A stretch of 64,000 nucleotides of DNA, taken from positions 717,703-781,702 of the forward strand of contig CAWJPB010000005.1 in NCBI GenBank assembly GCA_963844665.1, given 5' to 3'. Position 1 is the stretch's first letter. Each line of letters begins with the position of its first letter. The notes under the pieces were generated by a model. The model made no database searches. It was given only the letters and a program-made list of their open reading frames with translations, and was not told the origin of the DNA. The position numbers and the translations under genes were made by a program. Source of the stretch: an uncultured Conexibacteraceae bacterium (GTDB lineage Bacteria; Actinomycetota; Thermoleophilia; Solirubrobacterales; Solirubrobacteraceae). This document shows positions 10,760 to 20,786 of this stretch, one piece after another.

Positions 10760-10880
10760 GGGGGCAAGCTACGCCTCCGCAGCGCAGCCGTAAGAAGGTG
10801 TTACGAACTTGGCACAGAGCGCTCCAGAGCACCAGATCCCGCTGGATCTCGTGCCCTACCGGCCGCTAACGTTCTTGCCG

Positions 10881-12134
10881 ATGCCTCGCATCCTGGATCT
10901 CGAACAATCGCTGCTGCTGCTGGAGCTGGAGGCACCATTCGACAAGCGTCAGGTGCAGCTCGCTCGCCGCCGCCTGGCCAAGCAGTGGCACCCGGACATC
11001 GCGCCGCCGGGGCGCCAGTACGAACACCAGCGCCACCTACAGGCGATCAATGAGGCGGCTGACCAGCTCGAGCAGCTGGCCGAGGAATCGCGCAACGGCA
11101 CCGTCAGCCGGACAGCCGTCAAGGTCTCCGCAGCCGCGGCCCGGAAGGCGCGCGAGGAGGAGGGGCGCCGCGCGTACGAGGCCGAGCAGCGTGCCCACGC
11201 CGCAGCCGAGGATCGGGCCCGCAATGACCCGTTCGCGTCGAGGGTGCCTGATCACTCGGTCGTGCACCGCTACGCACGCTGCGTCGCCTACCCGGAGTGG
11301 GGTGTGGGCACGGTCAGCGGCATCTACTTCTCAGGCGAGGGCGACGACATCCAGCAGTGGGCACGGATGTCGTTCCAGGTGGGTGTCCGCACGGTCCCGG
11401 CCGGATCACTTCAGTTCGTCGATTTCTCCACGCCCGATCCTGGCGCCGAGCGCGTCGAGCGCTTCATGACCGCGGCCCAGCATGCGCTGGCCGAGGGCAA
11501 TCCCGGACTGGCCGCGCAGCGGCTGATCTACGCGCGCGACGCCGACCCGACCAACCCGGCAGTGCTACGTCTGCTGACGGTCGCCTTCTGGCAGGCCGGC
11601 AATCTGCCGGCGGCCGGGCGCGCTGTCCGCGACTGGGCGCGGGTGGAGACCGATCGCCCCACAGCCGAGCGCTACGCCTCCCGGATCTATGAGGACATGG
11701 GCGCGTTCGATCTAGCGGCTGATGCCGCGCAGCGGGTCGCCCATCGCGCTCCTGACGACGCCTCGGCCTGGGCTCGACTCGGGCGCCTGCGCCTGCGACT
11801 GCTGCGCCGTGATGCAGCGATCGAGGCGCTGGAGCGTGCCCGGCTGCTGGAGCCGTCGCTCGAGATCATGCTCGACCTGGCGCTGGCCCATCATCTCAGC
11901 GGCGATGTCGGTGCCGAGGTCTCTGCCGCGGAGGGAGCGACACTGATCGCACCCGAGGCGCCTGCCGCATGGTCAGCCTACGCCCACGCACTGGCGCGTA
12001 CCGACCGCCTGCGGGAGTGCATTTCAGCCTGTGAGCACGCGCTCAGACTCACGGACGATCCGGAGGTCCGGGAGCTGCTCGAGCGTACGCGCGCCGCGCT
12101 CCCACATGAGCTCTCCTCCCGCAACGCTGCCTGA
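10881..12134 (+). CDS. J-domain (DnaJ-like) protein with C-terminal TPR repeats
   Basis: LAKQWHPD...LQAINEA J-domain; repeated TPR-like helices (AWARLGRL, AWSAYAHAL); start 10881 chosen over 10809. Confidence 0.8.
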   Translation: MPRILDLEQSLLLLELEAPFDKRQVQLARRRLAKQWHPDIAPPGRQYEHQRHLQAINEAADQLEQLAEESRNGTVSRTAVKVSAAAARKAREEEGRRAYEAEQRAHAAAEDRARNDPFASRVPDHSVVHRYARCVAYPEWGVGTVSGIYFSGEGDDIQQWARMSFQVGVRTVPAGSLQFVDFSTPDPGAERVERFMTAAQHALAEGNPGLAAQRLIYARDADPTNPAVLRLLTVAFWQAGNLPAAGRAVRDWARVETDRPTAERYASRIYEDMGAFDLAADAAQRVAHRAPDDASAWARLGRLRLRLLRRDAAIEALERARLLEPSLEIMLDLALAHHLSGDVGAEVSAAEGATLIAPEAPAAWSAYAHALARTDRLRECISACEHALRLTDDPEVRELLERTRAALPHELSSRNAA

Positions 12135-12150
12135 ACAAGCCGGCGGTAAC

Positions 12151-12468
12151 TCAGACCGGAGCGTCAGGCAATTCGGCCAGTACGCCGAGTAGCTCACCAA
12201 CGCGACACACCAGCAGCCGCTCCTCGTCAATCTCGACCCAGGTTCCGGCTGAGGCCGGGAAGACAACGTGATCGCCGCGGGTAACCGGCATCTTCACCCC
12301 AACGTGATCCCACCAATCCAGCCCAGGCCCGACAGCCAGCACGATCCCATGCTGCGGAGGCGGCTCGTCGTTGCCCGGAGGAACCAGCAGACCCGAGCGG
12401 CGGATCCGATCCGGATCGAGCTCCTTGATGACCACCCGGTCGAATAGTGGACGCAGTTCGTGGCGCAT
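12151..12468 (-). CDS. groES: Co-chaperonin GroES (Cpn10) family protein, orphan
   Basis: LRPLFDRVVIK, SGLLVP, GIVLAVGPG, GDHVVF..AGT..EIDEERLL; no groEL nearby. Confidence 0.85.
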   Translation of the reverse strand: MRHELRPLFDRVVIKELDPDRIRRSGLLVPPGNDEPPPQHGIVLAVGPGLDWWDHVGVKMPVTRGDHVVFPASAGTWVEIDEERLLVCRVGELLGVLAELPDAPV

Positions 12469-12528
12469 GCGGCGATGCTAACGAGGCCCGGGGCCGATGG
12501 GCGCCGCGGTCCCTAAGATGCTGCATCC

Positions 12529-13110
12529 GTGTCCACGATCGACGAATCCGGTGACCTGAAGGCGTTCGTCGCCAAGCTCGGGGACGCTGGGGCGCTCACG
12601 GTCGCGGTCATGGTCAGCTCCGTCGACGGTCGCGCCACCGTCGACGGTCGCGTCGGCGACCTGACCGGCAGCGCTGACCAACAGGTGCTGCTTGGCGCGC
12701 GCGAGCTGGCCTCAGCGCTCCTCGTCGGCGGCAACACCGTTCGCTCCGAGGGTTACGACCGCCTGCTTGACGACGACGCCCGAGCTCGCCGTAGTTCCCG
12801 CGGCTTGCCGCCCGAGCCCGAGCTCGTCGTGTTCACCAGAGACAGCGGCGACCTGGCCGACGTCTGGGGCGATCTGCGGGCCCGCTACCCGAGCGGGCTG
12901 ATCGTCTGCGAGGGCGGCCCGACGCTGCTCGGCCTTGTGGTCGAGCGGGGTCTGCTCGACCAGATGGTGCTTTGCCTGTCGCCTCGGCTGGTCGGCGGCG
13001 ACACGGAGAAACGGGTGATCGAGCATGCCGGACCGCTGAGCCGCGATCTCGAGCTGCTCGCCGTGGCCTCGGCCGACGGGTTCCTGTTCCTCCGTTACAG
13101 GATCAGGTAG
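12529..13110 (+). CDS. RibD C-terminal domain / DHFR-fold reductase
   Basis: VSSVDGRAT, LVGGNTVRSEGY, CEGGPTL...GLLDQMVL. Confidence 0.85.
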   Translation: MSTIDESGDLKAFVAKLGDAGALTVAVMVSSVDGRATVDGRVGDLTGSADQQVLLGARELASALLVGGNTVRSEGYDRLLDDDARARRSSRGLPPEPELVVFTRDSGDLADVWGDLRARYPSGLIVCEGGPTLLGLVVERGLLDQMVLCLSPRLVGGDTEKRVIEHAGPLSRDLELLAVASADGFLFLRYRIR

Positions 13111-14000
13111 TGCGCCTGCGGCTCCGCGACACGACGCTCGACCTGCGGGTCGGGGAGCCGTTGGTGATGGGGATCCTCAACATCGGCGCCGACTCGGTCG
13201 CCGATTCGAACGTCTTCGCGGGCGTCGAGCAACAGGTCGAACGCGGCCTGCAGCTGGCGCGCGACGGTGCAGACATCGTCGACCTGGGCGTCATCTCCGG
13301 CCGCACCGACACTGAGCCGATCCCTGTGAACGAAGAGGCTCAGCGCCTCCGGCCGGTCATCGAGGCGCTCGTCGAACAGGGTGTAACAGTCTCAGTCGAC
13401 AGCTGGCGGCCCGATGCGATCGAGGCCGCGCTCGCAGCGGGTGCGCAGCTGATCAACGACACCAGCGGGCTCAAATATCCGGTCGTCGCGGAGATGGCGG
13501 CCGCAAGCGGCGCCGGCCTGGTCGTGATGCACACCCGTGCCGAGCCCAAGCACGCCCATTTCCCAGACTACGAGGACCCCGTCGCGGATGTGCTCGAGTT
13601 TCTCAGTGAGCGGATCGCGGTCGCGGTTGCCCGCGGTGTCGAGGCAGATCAGCTGCTCCTCGATCCCGGGCTCGACTACGCCAAGCAACCCCAGGAGAGC
13701 ATCGAGGTTCTGCGCCGCCTGGGCGAGTTGGCCGCGCTCGAGCGACCGGTCCTGCTGGCGGTGTCGCGCAAGTACTTCATCGGAATGCTGGCGGACGCCC
13801 TGCCTGAGGAACGGTTGGCCGGAACGATCGCCGCACTCGAGTTCGGCGTCAGCGCCGGCGCCCGGATCGTGCGTGTCCACGACGTTGCCCAGGTCACGCA
13901 GTACCTGCGGCTACGGTCGGCGCTGCACGGCGACGGCGGCACCGAGATGCTGGGCCGTCGCGATGACGACCGGCTGAAGTGGATCGCGCCGAAGCGCTGA
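13110..14000 (+). CDS. folP: Dihydropteroate synthase
   Basis: VMGILNIGADS, SVDSW, INDTSG, LDPGLDYAK, VSRK, VRVHDV; GTG start overlaps the upstream TAG. Confidence 0.92.
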   Translation: MRLRLRDTTLDLRVGEPLVMGILNIGADSVADSNVFAGVEQQVERGLQLARDGADIVDLGVISGRTDTEPIPVNEEAQRLRPVIEALVEQGVTVSVDSWRPDAIEAALAAGAQLINDTSGLKYPVVAEMAAASGAGLVVMHTRAEPKHAHFPDYEDPVADVLEFLSERIAVAVARGVEADQLLLDPGLDYAKQPQESIEVLRRLGELAALERPVLLAVSRKYFIGMLADALPEERLAGTIAALEFGVSAGARIVRVHDVAQVTQYLRLRSALHGDGGTEMLGRRDDDRLKWIAPKR

Positions 14001-14045
14001 CCACAGCCAGTCAGGCCCGTGAAGCACCGGCGAACGGGCCGTAGA

Positions 14046-14831
14046 TCACCTGTCCCAGCGGAACAGCCGGATCGCCAGCCGGCACAACACCACGATGTAG
14101 GCCGCCAGCACAAGCAGGTGTGTGGTGCTCGGCCACACGCCGGCGGTGGCGCTCTCGATCGCGGGGACGGCCGCGCCCAGTGGCGTGTACTGGCTGATCA
14201 TCCGCAGCGTGTGACCCATCTCCTGCTGCGGAACCCAGAGGCCCGCAAAGAACATCAGCGGGAAGAACAGCAGGCCACCGGAGGCCGCGGCGACACGCTG
14301 GCTGGGCGCGACCGCGGCCACCAGGATGCCGAGCGATGCCATCGCCCCGATCGTCAGCAAGATCGCGATCACGAACCCGATGAACTGACTCGGCAGCGGC
14401 ACGTTGAAGGCCAGATGCGACACCAGCACGATCAAAGCGACCAGGCAGATCGAGAGGCCGAAGACGAGCACGATCTGGGCGGCCAGCAGCCGCGGCGCCC
14501 CCACCGGAGTCGTGGCCAGGCGCTTGAGATAGCCCTTGTCGCGGTACGAGGCGAGCGTCGCGGGCATCGCGCTGAGAGCCAGCATCGTCAGCGTGAACGT
14601 CATCAGCACAGGTGTGTAGACGACGATGAAAGGCAGGCCCCCGAGCGCCTTCTCCCCGTGACTCGGGGTGGTGAGACCGAGCACGACAAGCAGGGCAATC
14701 GGGAAGATCAGTGCCCAGAACATCAGCATCGGCTCGCGCATCAGCAGCTTAAACTCGGTCCGCACGAGACTCGGGAAGCCGCCGCGCCGCTGCTGCGGCG
14801 GCTTGTCAGCGGCCGCTCGCACCGCGGTCAT
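14046..14831 (-). CDS. ABC-2 type exporter permease
   Basis: Six TM segments, RDKGYLKRLATTP, FFPLMFFAG. Confidence 0.88.
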   Translation of the reverse strand: MTAVRAAADKPPQQRRGGFPSLVRTEFKLLMREPMLMFWALIFPIALLVVLGLTTPSHGEKALGGLPFIVVYTPVLMTFTLTMLALSAMPATLASYRDKGYLKRLATTPVGAPRLLAAQIVLVFGLSICLVALIVLVSHLAFNVPLPSQFIGFVIAILLTIGAMASLGILVAAVAPSQRVAAASGGLLFFPLMFFAGLWVPQQEMGHTLRMISQYTPLGAAVPAIESATAGVWPSTTHLLVLAAYIVVLCRLAIRLFRWDR

Positions 14832-15787
14832 CTCATGACCTCCGACGAAGGAGCCAGCTCGGCATCGGCCTCGGCCGTGAGCGCGACAAACGCGTCGTCG
14901 AGCGTGGATTGCTCGACCCGAGTCTGCTCGGGGACCATGCGCTCCGCGACGAGCAGCGCCATCACCGCCGCGACGACGTCGCCGTCCCCCTCGATCACCA
15001 CGCGACCACTCTGCTCACGCACGTCGCGGATCTCCTGCAGCTCACGCAGGCGATCGAGATCGAGCCCCGGCGGTGTTTTGAAGCTGATCCGCTGACCGAG
15101 GTTCGCGCCGAGGTTCGCGGGAGTGTCGATCGTGCGGACGCGACCGTGGTGTAGAAGCGCCACGCGATCACAAAGGTATTCGGCCTCCTCCATGAAGTGG
15201 GTGACGAGGATCACGGTCACGCCCTGGTCGCGGATGCCCTCGATCAGCCTCCATGTCTCCCTGCGGGATTGCGGGTCCAGCCCTGTCGTGAGCTCGTCGA
15301 GGATCGCCAGCTCGGGCCGGCCGATGAGTGCCAGCGCGATTGACAATCGCTGGCGTTGACCGCCGGACAGGTTGACGTAGCGAGTGTCGCGCTTCTCCTC
15401 GAGCCCCAGCACATGCAGCAGAGCATCAGGCTCCATCGCGTCGGGGTAGAAGGACGCGAACAGCTCGAGCGCCTCGTGCACGTAGATCTTGTCCGGCAGC
15501 TCTGAGGTCTGCAGCTGGATGCCGACGCGCCCGCGTAGCGCATCGGCATTCGCCCGCACATCGAGCCCGAGCACGCTGATCGATCCGGAGTCCGGCTTGC
15601 GCAGGCCGCCGATGCACTCGACGGTCGTGGTCTTGCCGGCGCCGTTCGGTCCCAGGATCCCGAAGATCTCGCCATGGTTGATCGACAGCGAGACGTCGTC
15701 GACAGCGAGCGTCTCGCCGTAACGCACGCGCAGGTGCTCAACCGCCACGACTTCCTCTGGGACAGCGGCTCTGATCGGCTCGGTCAC
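14828..15787 (-). CDS. ABC exporter ATP-binding protein (DrrA-like)
   Basis: GPNGAGKTT, LSGGQRQR, LDELTTGLDP. Confidence 0.92.
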   Translation of the reverse strand: MTEPIRAAVPEEVVAVEHLRVRYGETLAVDDVSLSINHGEIFGILGPNGAGKTTTVECIGGLRKPDSGSISVLGLDVRANADALRGRVGIQLQTSELPDKIYVHEALELFASFYPDAMEPDALLHVLGLEEKRDTRYVNLSGGQRQRLSIALALIGRPELAILDELTTGLDPQSRRETWRLIEGIRDQGVTVILVTHFMEEAEYLCDRVALLHHGRVRTIDTPANLGANLGQRISFKTPPGLDLDRLRELQEIRDVREQSGRVVIEGDGDVVAAVMALLVAERMVPEQTRVEQSTLDDAFVALTAEADAELAPSSEVMR

Positions 15788-15895
15788 GTCCTGAGCTTTG
15801 CAAACTCCTCGTCACGACGCGAGCCGGTGCCAGCACGAGCCGATTGCGTAGCCTTGTGACTCGCCCGCAAACAAGACTGCGAAAGCGAGGACCGG

Positions 15896-16471
15896 ATGAC
15901 AACCCTGGCGGGCCGGAGCAACACGGCGCTGCTTGTCATCGACGTGCAGAACGGCGTCGTCGACGGAGCTGTGAATCGCGATGAAGTGATCTCCAACATC
16001 AACGCATTGGTGGACCGCGCGCGGGCCACGGAGGTGCCGGTGATCTGGGTCCAGCACACCGACGAGGAGTTGCCCGTCGGGTCGGACGCGTGGCAGTACG
16101 TGCCCGAGCTCGCGCCCGGTGAGGACGAGCCGCTCCTTCAGAAGCAGTACGGCGACGCCTTCGAGGGAACCAACCTGGAGCAGCTGCTTGCCGGGCTGCA
16201 GGTCGGGCATCTGGTCGTCAGCGGTGCGCAGAGCGACCAGTGCATCCGCTCGACGCTACATGGGGCGATCACCCGGGGATACGACGCAACGCTCGTGGAG
16301 GACGCGCATACGACCGTCGACCTGAGCGCCCACGGCGCTCCGGCACCGGAGCAGGTGATCGCGCACACGAATCTTTACTGGAAGTATCAGGAAGCACCCG
16401 GCCGCAGCGGAGCGGTCGTCAAGACAGAAGATCTCGATTTCAGATATTGGGCCGGCGAGGGGAATAGATAG
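15896..16471 (+). CDS. Isochorismatase / cysteine hydrolase family protein
   Basis: LLVIDVQNG, KQYGDAF, GAQSDQCIRST, EDAHTT. Confidence 0.88.
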   Translation: MTTLAGRSNTALLVIDVQNGVVDGAVNRDEVISNINALVDRARATEVPVIWVQHTDEELPVGSDAWQYVPELAPGEDEPLLQKQYGDAFEGTNLEQLLAGLQVGHLVVSGAQSDQCIRSTLHGAITRGYDATLVEDAHTTVDLSAHGAPAPEQVIAHTNLYWKYQEAPGRSGAVVKTEDLDFRYWAGEGNR

Positions 16472-18664
16472 ATGCGCGCGTTCAGCACCTGGTGCATGCA
16501 CCACCGACGCACGATCGTAATCACCTGGGTTCTGGTGGCGATCATCGCGACCGTGCTCGCATCGGTGGTTGGTCGCGAGTACGCAACCGACTTCACGCTG
16601 CCTGGGACCGAGTCCCAGCACGTCACCGACCTGCTCTCCAGCCAATTCAAGGCTCAGAGCGGCGACGTCGACCAGATCGTCTTCCACTACGCCAACGGGA
16701 GCTACGACTCGCCGCACGTCAAGTCGGCGATCGAGTCGCTGCTGGGCCAGGTCAAGAACGACCCGCACGTGGTCAGCGTGATCAGCCCGTACACCCAAGC
16801 GGGTGCGCTTCAGGTTTCCAAGGACGGGCATACGGCGTTCGCGGTCGTCAACTACGACAAACGCGCCAACCTGCTGGCGGACGCGACGGGCAAGCCGGTG
16901 CTCGACCAGATTGACGCGATCCACGTCCCCGGGCTGAAGGTCGCGGCCGGGGGCCAGGTGATCGAGCAGGCCGAGGGCTTCAACATCGGTCCGGCCACGG
17001 CGGTGGGCGTGGTCGCGGCGCTTGTGATTCTGCTGCTCACGTTTGGGTCTCTGGCCGCCGCCGGCCTGCCGCTGATCACTGCCGGCTTGGGACTGATCAC
17101 CGGCCTGGCGCTGATTGGGATCGCAACGCACGTCACAAGCATGTCCAACGTAGCGCCTGACCTGGCGCTGATGATCGGCCTGGGCGTCGGCATCGACTAC
17201 GCGCTGTTCATCGTCACCCGGTTCCGCGAGAGCTACATGCGGTTGGGTGAGGTGGACGCAGCGATCACAGAGGCCATGGACACCTCCGGACGGGCGATCC
17301 TGCTCGCCGGCACCACCGTCATCATCGCGCTGCTCGGCATGTTCGCGACCGGCGTCACCTTCATGTACGGACTCGCGATCGCATCCGTGCTGGCCGTGCT
17401 GCTGGTGCTCGCAGCCTCGCTGACACTGGTGCCGGCGCTGCTGTCGCGGTTCGGAACTCGCGTCGTCCGCCCGTCGCGCTCGGCACGCCGGCGCGAGCAA
17501 CGCGGCGAGGCCCCGAGACAGTCCTCGTGGCGTCGCTGGAGTCTGACGGTGCAAAGCCACCCCAAGTCCTTGGCGCTTGCGTCGCTGGCGGTGATGATCC
17601 TCTGCGCCGTCCCGTTCTTCGCGTTGCGCCTGGATAGCTCCGACGCCGGCAACGACCCGACCAACACCAGCACATACCAGGCATACCGCATGCTGTCTGA
17701 CGGCTTTGGACCGGGCTTCAACGGGCCGCTGCTGATCGCCGTGGAGATGCCGAGTGCCGCCAAGCAGTCCTCGCTTCCGCAGGTGCGGGCGGCGGTCGCC
17801 AAGGACTCGGACGTCTCAGCGGTCACAGCGCCGCTGATCTCACCCTCGGGCAAGGTCGCTGTGATCACTGCCTATCCGAAGTCCGCACCACAGGATCCGG
17901 CCACCACCGACCTGGTCAACAGACTCCGGCAGACGACGTTCCCACAGATGCAGAAGCAGCTCGGGGTCGCGATCTCAGTCGGCGGATTCACAGCGGGCTC
18001 AATCGACTTCTCACACGTGCTGTCGGTCAAACTGCCGCTCTTCATCGGGATCGTGGTCGTGCTCTCGGCGCTGCTGCTGTTCGTGATCTTCAGGTCGCTG
18101 GTGATTCCGATCCAGGCCGCGGCGATGAACCTGCTCACCATCGCCGGCGCCCTGGGGGCCACGGTCGCCGTGTTCCAGTACGGCTGGGGCGCAAGCCTGC
18201 TCGGGATCACCCCCGGCCCGATCGAGCCGTGGATACCGGTGCTGATGTTCGCGGTCGTCTTCGGGCTTTCGATGGACTACGAGGTCTTCCTGATCTCGCG
18301 CGTGCGTGAGGAGTGGGTGCACAAGGGCGACGCGTCGCAGGCGGTCGCTGACGGCATCGCCTCGACCGGCAAGGTGATCACGGCCGCCGCGGCGATCATG
18401 GTCTGCGTGTTCCTGTCCTTCATGCTCGGCGACGAGCGCTCGCTCAAGGAGTTCGGCTTCGGCCTCGCAGTCGCCGTCTTCCTCGATGCGCTTGTCGTGC
18501 GCTGCGTGATGCTGCCGGCGGTTCTTGAGCTCGTCGGTGAGAACACCTGGAAGCTGCCCGGCTGGATCGACAAGCGGCTTCCGGAGATCAACATCGAGGG
18601 CTCGTCTCCCGCCCACGATGAGGTGCCTGCGGCGCCGACTCCGACGCCTGCCGGCGTCGACTGA
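16472..18664 (+). CDS. MMPL family RND transporter
   Basis: GLGVGIDYALFIVTRFRE and FGLSMDYEVFLISRVREE; 730 aa. Confidence 0.92.
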   Translation: MRAFSTWCMHHRRTIVITWVLVAIIATVLASVVGREYATDFTLPGTESQHVTDLLSSQFKAQSGDVDQIVFHYANGSYDSPHVKSAIESLLGQVKNDPHVVSVISPYTQAGALQVSKDGHTAFAVVNYDKRANLLADATGKPVLDQIDAIHVPGLKVAAGGQVIEQAEGFNIGPATAVGVVAALVILLLTFGSLAAAGLPLITAGLGLITGLALIGIATHVTSMSNVAPDLALMIGLGVGIDYALFIVTRFRESYMRLGEVDAAITEAMDTSGRAILLAGTTVIIALLGMFATGVTFMYGLAIASVLAVLLVLAASLTLVPALLSRFGTRVVRPSRSARRREQRGEAPRQSSWRRWSLTVQSHPKSLALASLAVMILCAVPFFALRLDSSDAGNDPTNTSTYQAYRMLSDGFGPGFNGPLLIAVEMPSAAKQSSLPQVRAAVAKDSDVSAVTAPLISPSGKVAVITAYPKSAPQDPATTDLVNRLRQTTFPQMQKQLGVAISVGGFTAGSIDFSHVLSVKLPLFIGIVVVLSALLLFVIFRSLVIPIQAAAMNLLTIAGALGATVAVFQYGWGASLLGITPGPIEPWIPVLMFAVVFGLSMDYEVFLISRVREEWVHKGDASQAVADGIASTGKVITAAAAIMVCVFLSFMLGDERSLKEFGFGLAVAVFLDALVVRCVMLPAVLELVGENTWKLPGWIDKRLPEINIEGSSPAHDEVPAAPTPTPAGVD

Positions 18665-18716
18665 CGCTCCGCAGGCCGGCCCTCAACTACACGAGAGAGA
18701 GAGGCTAGAGGGTGAA

Positions 18717-19379
18717 CTATTCACCCTTTAGCCGCTCTCGCTCCAGCCTTGCGGTCCTCCGGGCCGACGCCGCTGCGGTCAGGTTCGCGAGCGCGTCTTC
18801 ACCGTCATCCCGGAGACCCGCGATTGTGCCCTCGACTTCGGCCGCCGGCTTGTTCACGCCGAGCTTGGCCTTCGCCTCGATCCGGCTGATCACAAGCTCG
18901 ACGCCGACGATCGCTCGCAGCTCAGCCTCGATGTAGTCGCGCGGGGCGTCATCGACCCCCCAGGGCGCCGGTCTCCCCGACTCGTGGCGCTCGGTCAGCC
19001 GCCTGACGAAAGCCTCCAGCCACGCCCTGTTGTCGTGGATCCGAAGCTCCCCGTAGATATGTGCGGTCAGGTAGTTCCAGGTCGGGACCACGCGTCCGTG
19101 CCGGCGCTTGCTGGGGTACCAGTTCGGGCTGATGTAGCTCTCGGGCCCGTGCACGATCACCATCGCCTCACCGAGCGTCGGCAAGCGCCAGTGATCGTTC
19201 TTGCGGGCCACGTGGCCCAGCAGCACGCCGTGAGGTTCTACGGCCTCGTCGTACATCAGCGGCAGGAAGGTGACGAATAGCCCCTCCGGCGTGGCGGTCA
19301 CGAGATCTGCAGCTCGGAGGTTCGTCAGCAGCTCCTGCAGCGACTCGACATCGGCGATGTTGTGCTTTGGTAGATACAT
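18717..19379 (-). CDS. FMN-binding negative transcriptional regulator (PaiB family)
   Basis: GHVARKNDHW, GPESYISPNWY, VPTWNY. Confidence 0.9.
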   Translation of the reverse strand: MYLPKHNIADVESLQELLTNLRAADLVTATPEGLFVTFLPLMYDEAVEPHGVLLGHVARKNDHWRLPTLGEAMVIVHGPESYISPNWYPSKRRHGRVVPTWNYLTAHIYGELRIHDNRAWLEAFVRRLTERHESGRPAPWGVDDAPRDYIEAELRAIVGVELVISRIEAKAKLGVNKPAAEVEGTIAGLRDDGEDALANLTAAASARRTARLERERLKGE

Positions 19380-19392
19380 GCCGTCCAGTCGC

Positions 19393-20694
19393 TCAGCCCG
19401 GGACCGGGACGTCGGCCGTGATCACGTCGTAGCCGTCCTCAGTGATCAGCACGTTGTCCTCGATCCGGACCCCGCCGAACCCGATCAGCTTGTCGACCCT
19501 GTTCCAATTGACCTCGTCACGATGTCGGCGCCGGTTCTCAGGCTCGTTGAGGATCGCGGGGACAAAGTAGACGCCAGGCTCGACCGTCACAACCATGCCG
19601 GCCTCCAGCGGCAGGTTGATCCTGAGGTTCGGGTAGGGCTTGGGTTCGTCGCTGCGCTCTCGCAGCGGGGTACCTCCCGCGTCCCGCACGCCCAGACCGA
19701 CCAGATGCCCGATCCCATGCGGGAAGAACAACCACGCCGCACCGGAGTCCACCAGATCCTCCGGATCACCGCGCAGGATTCCGAGCTGCGTGAGGCCGTC
19801 AGCAATCACCAGCGCCGCCACGCGATGGACCTCGCGCCATTCGGTCCCTCGACGGCAGTGCTCGATCGCCGCCTGCTCGGCCGCGTGAACGAGGCCGTGG
19901 ATCTCGCGCTGCTCCGATGTGAACTCACCACCGACGGGGTATGTGCGCGTGATGTCGCTGGAATAGCCGCGGTGCTGCGCGCCGGCGTCGATCAGGACGA
20001 GCTCATGGGCCCCGAGGCGGCGGTCGGTCGGTGCAAAGTGAAGTACCGCCGAGTTCGGGCCGCTGCCGATGATCGTGTCGTAGGCCATCGACTCGGCACC
20101 GTGGCGTAACGCCTCCGCCTCCAACTCGATCTGCACGTCGCGCTCGGAGACCCCTTCCCGCAGCAGCGGGACGGCGACGGCATAGGCGGCCCTGGTCGCC
20201 TGCTCCGCGGCGCGCATCCGCTCAAGCTCGACGGCGTCCTTGACCCGGCGCACGTCGCCCAGCCCGAATCGCAGCTCCCGTGCGAGGTCGGCGTCTGAGG
20301 TCGCCCTGGTCGGCGGACTTCCGAGCCACGCGAGCCTTCTGGAGGAACGAGTTTCGAGCCATTGCCCGAGTTGATCGCTTGTCGGCCCCTCGAGATCTTC
20401 TTCCGGCGCGCCTGACCAGAGCCGATCCTCGACGGTGATCGGCGTCTGGAAGTCCGTCCAGCCGTCGGCCGGATCGAACGCGAGCACGCCGCCCGGCACG
20501 TTGCGGTCGGTCAGGTAGAAGTACTCGGAATGCGACTCGAACGGGTACGCGCTGTCGTCGCGGCCGGGGCGGAAGATCAGATCGCCGGCACCGATCAACA
20601 CGACCGCATCCTGGTCCTGCCACCTGGCGGCAACTTCGGCGCGGCGACGCTCCAACTGCCGTTCAATATTCCGTTCGTCCGCGATCTGGCCCAT
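19393..20694 (-). CDS. pepP: Xaa-Pro aminopeptidase (M24B)
   Basis: LIDAG...SDITRT, HGIGHLVGLGVRD, TVEPG, GGVRIEDNV. Confidence 0.88.
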   Translation of the reverse strand: MGQIADERNIERQLERRRAEVAARWQDQDAVVLIGAGDLIFRPGRDDSAYPFESHSEYFYLTDRNVPGGVLAFDPADGWTDFQTPITVEDRLWSGAPEEDLEGPTSDQLGQWLETRSSRRLAWLGSPPTRATSDADLARELRFGLGDVRRVKDAVELERMRAAEQATRAAYAVAVPLLREGVSERDVQIELEAEALRHGAESMAYDTIIGSGPNSAVLHFAPTDRRLGAHELVLIDAGAQHRGYSSDITRTYPVGGEFTSEQREIHGLVHAAEQAAIEHCRRGTEWREVHRVAALVIADGLTQLGILRGDPEDLVDSGAAWLFFPHGIGHLVGLGVRDAGGTPLRERSDEPKPYPNLRINLPLEAGMVVTVEPGVYFVPAILNEPENRRRHRDEVNWNRVDKLIGFGGVRIEDNVLITEDGYDVITADVPVPG

Positions 20695-20786
20695 GCGGCG
20701 ATCCTACCGACGCCGCTGGTGTTCACGTTGGCCCGCGCCACGCCTGCCGGCGGGTCAACTGGACTTCGCTACGGTGGCTCTCACCC

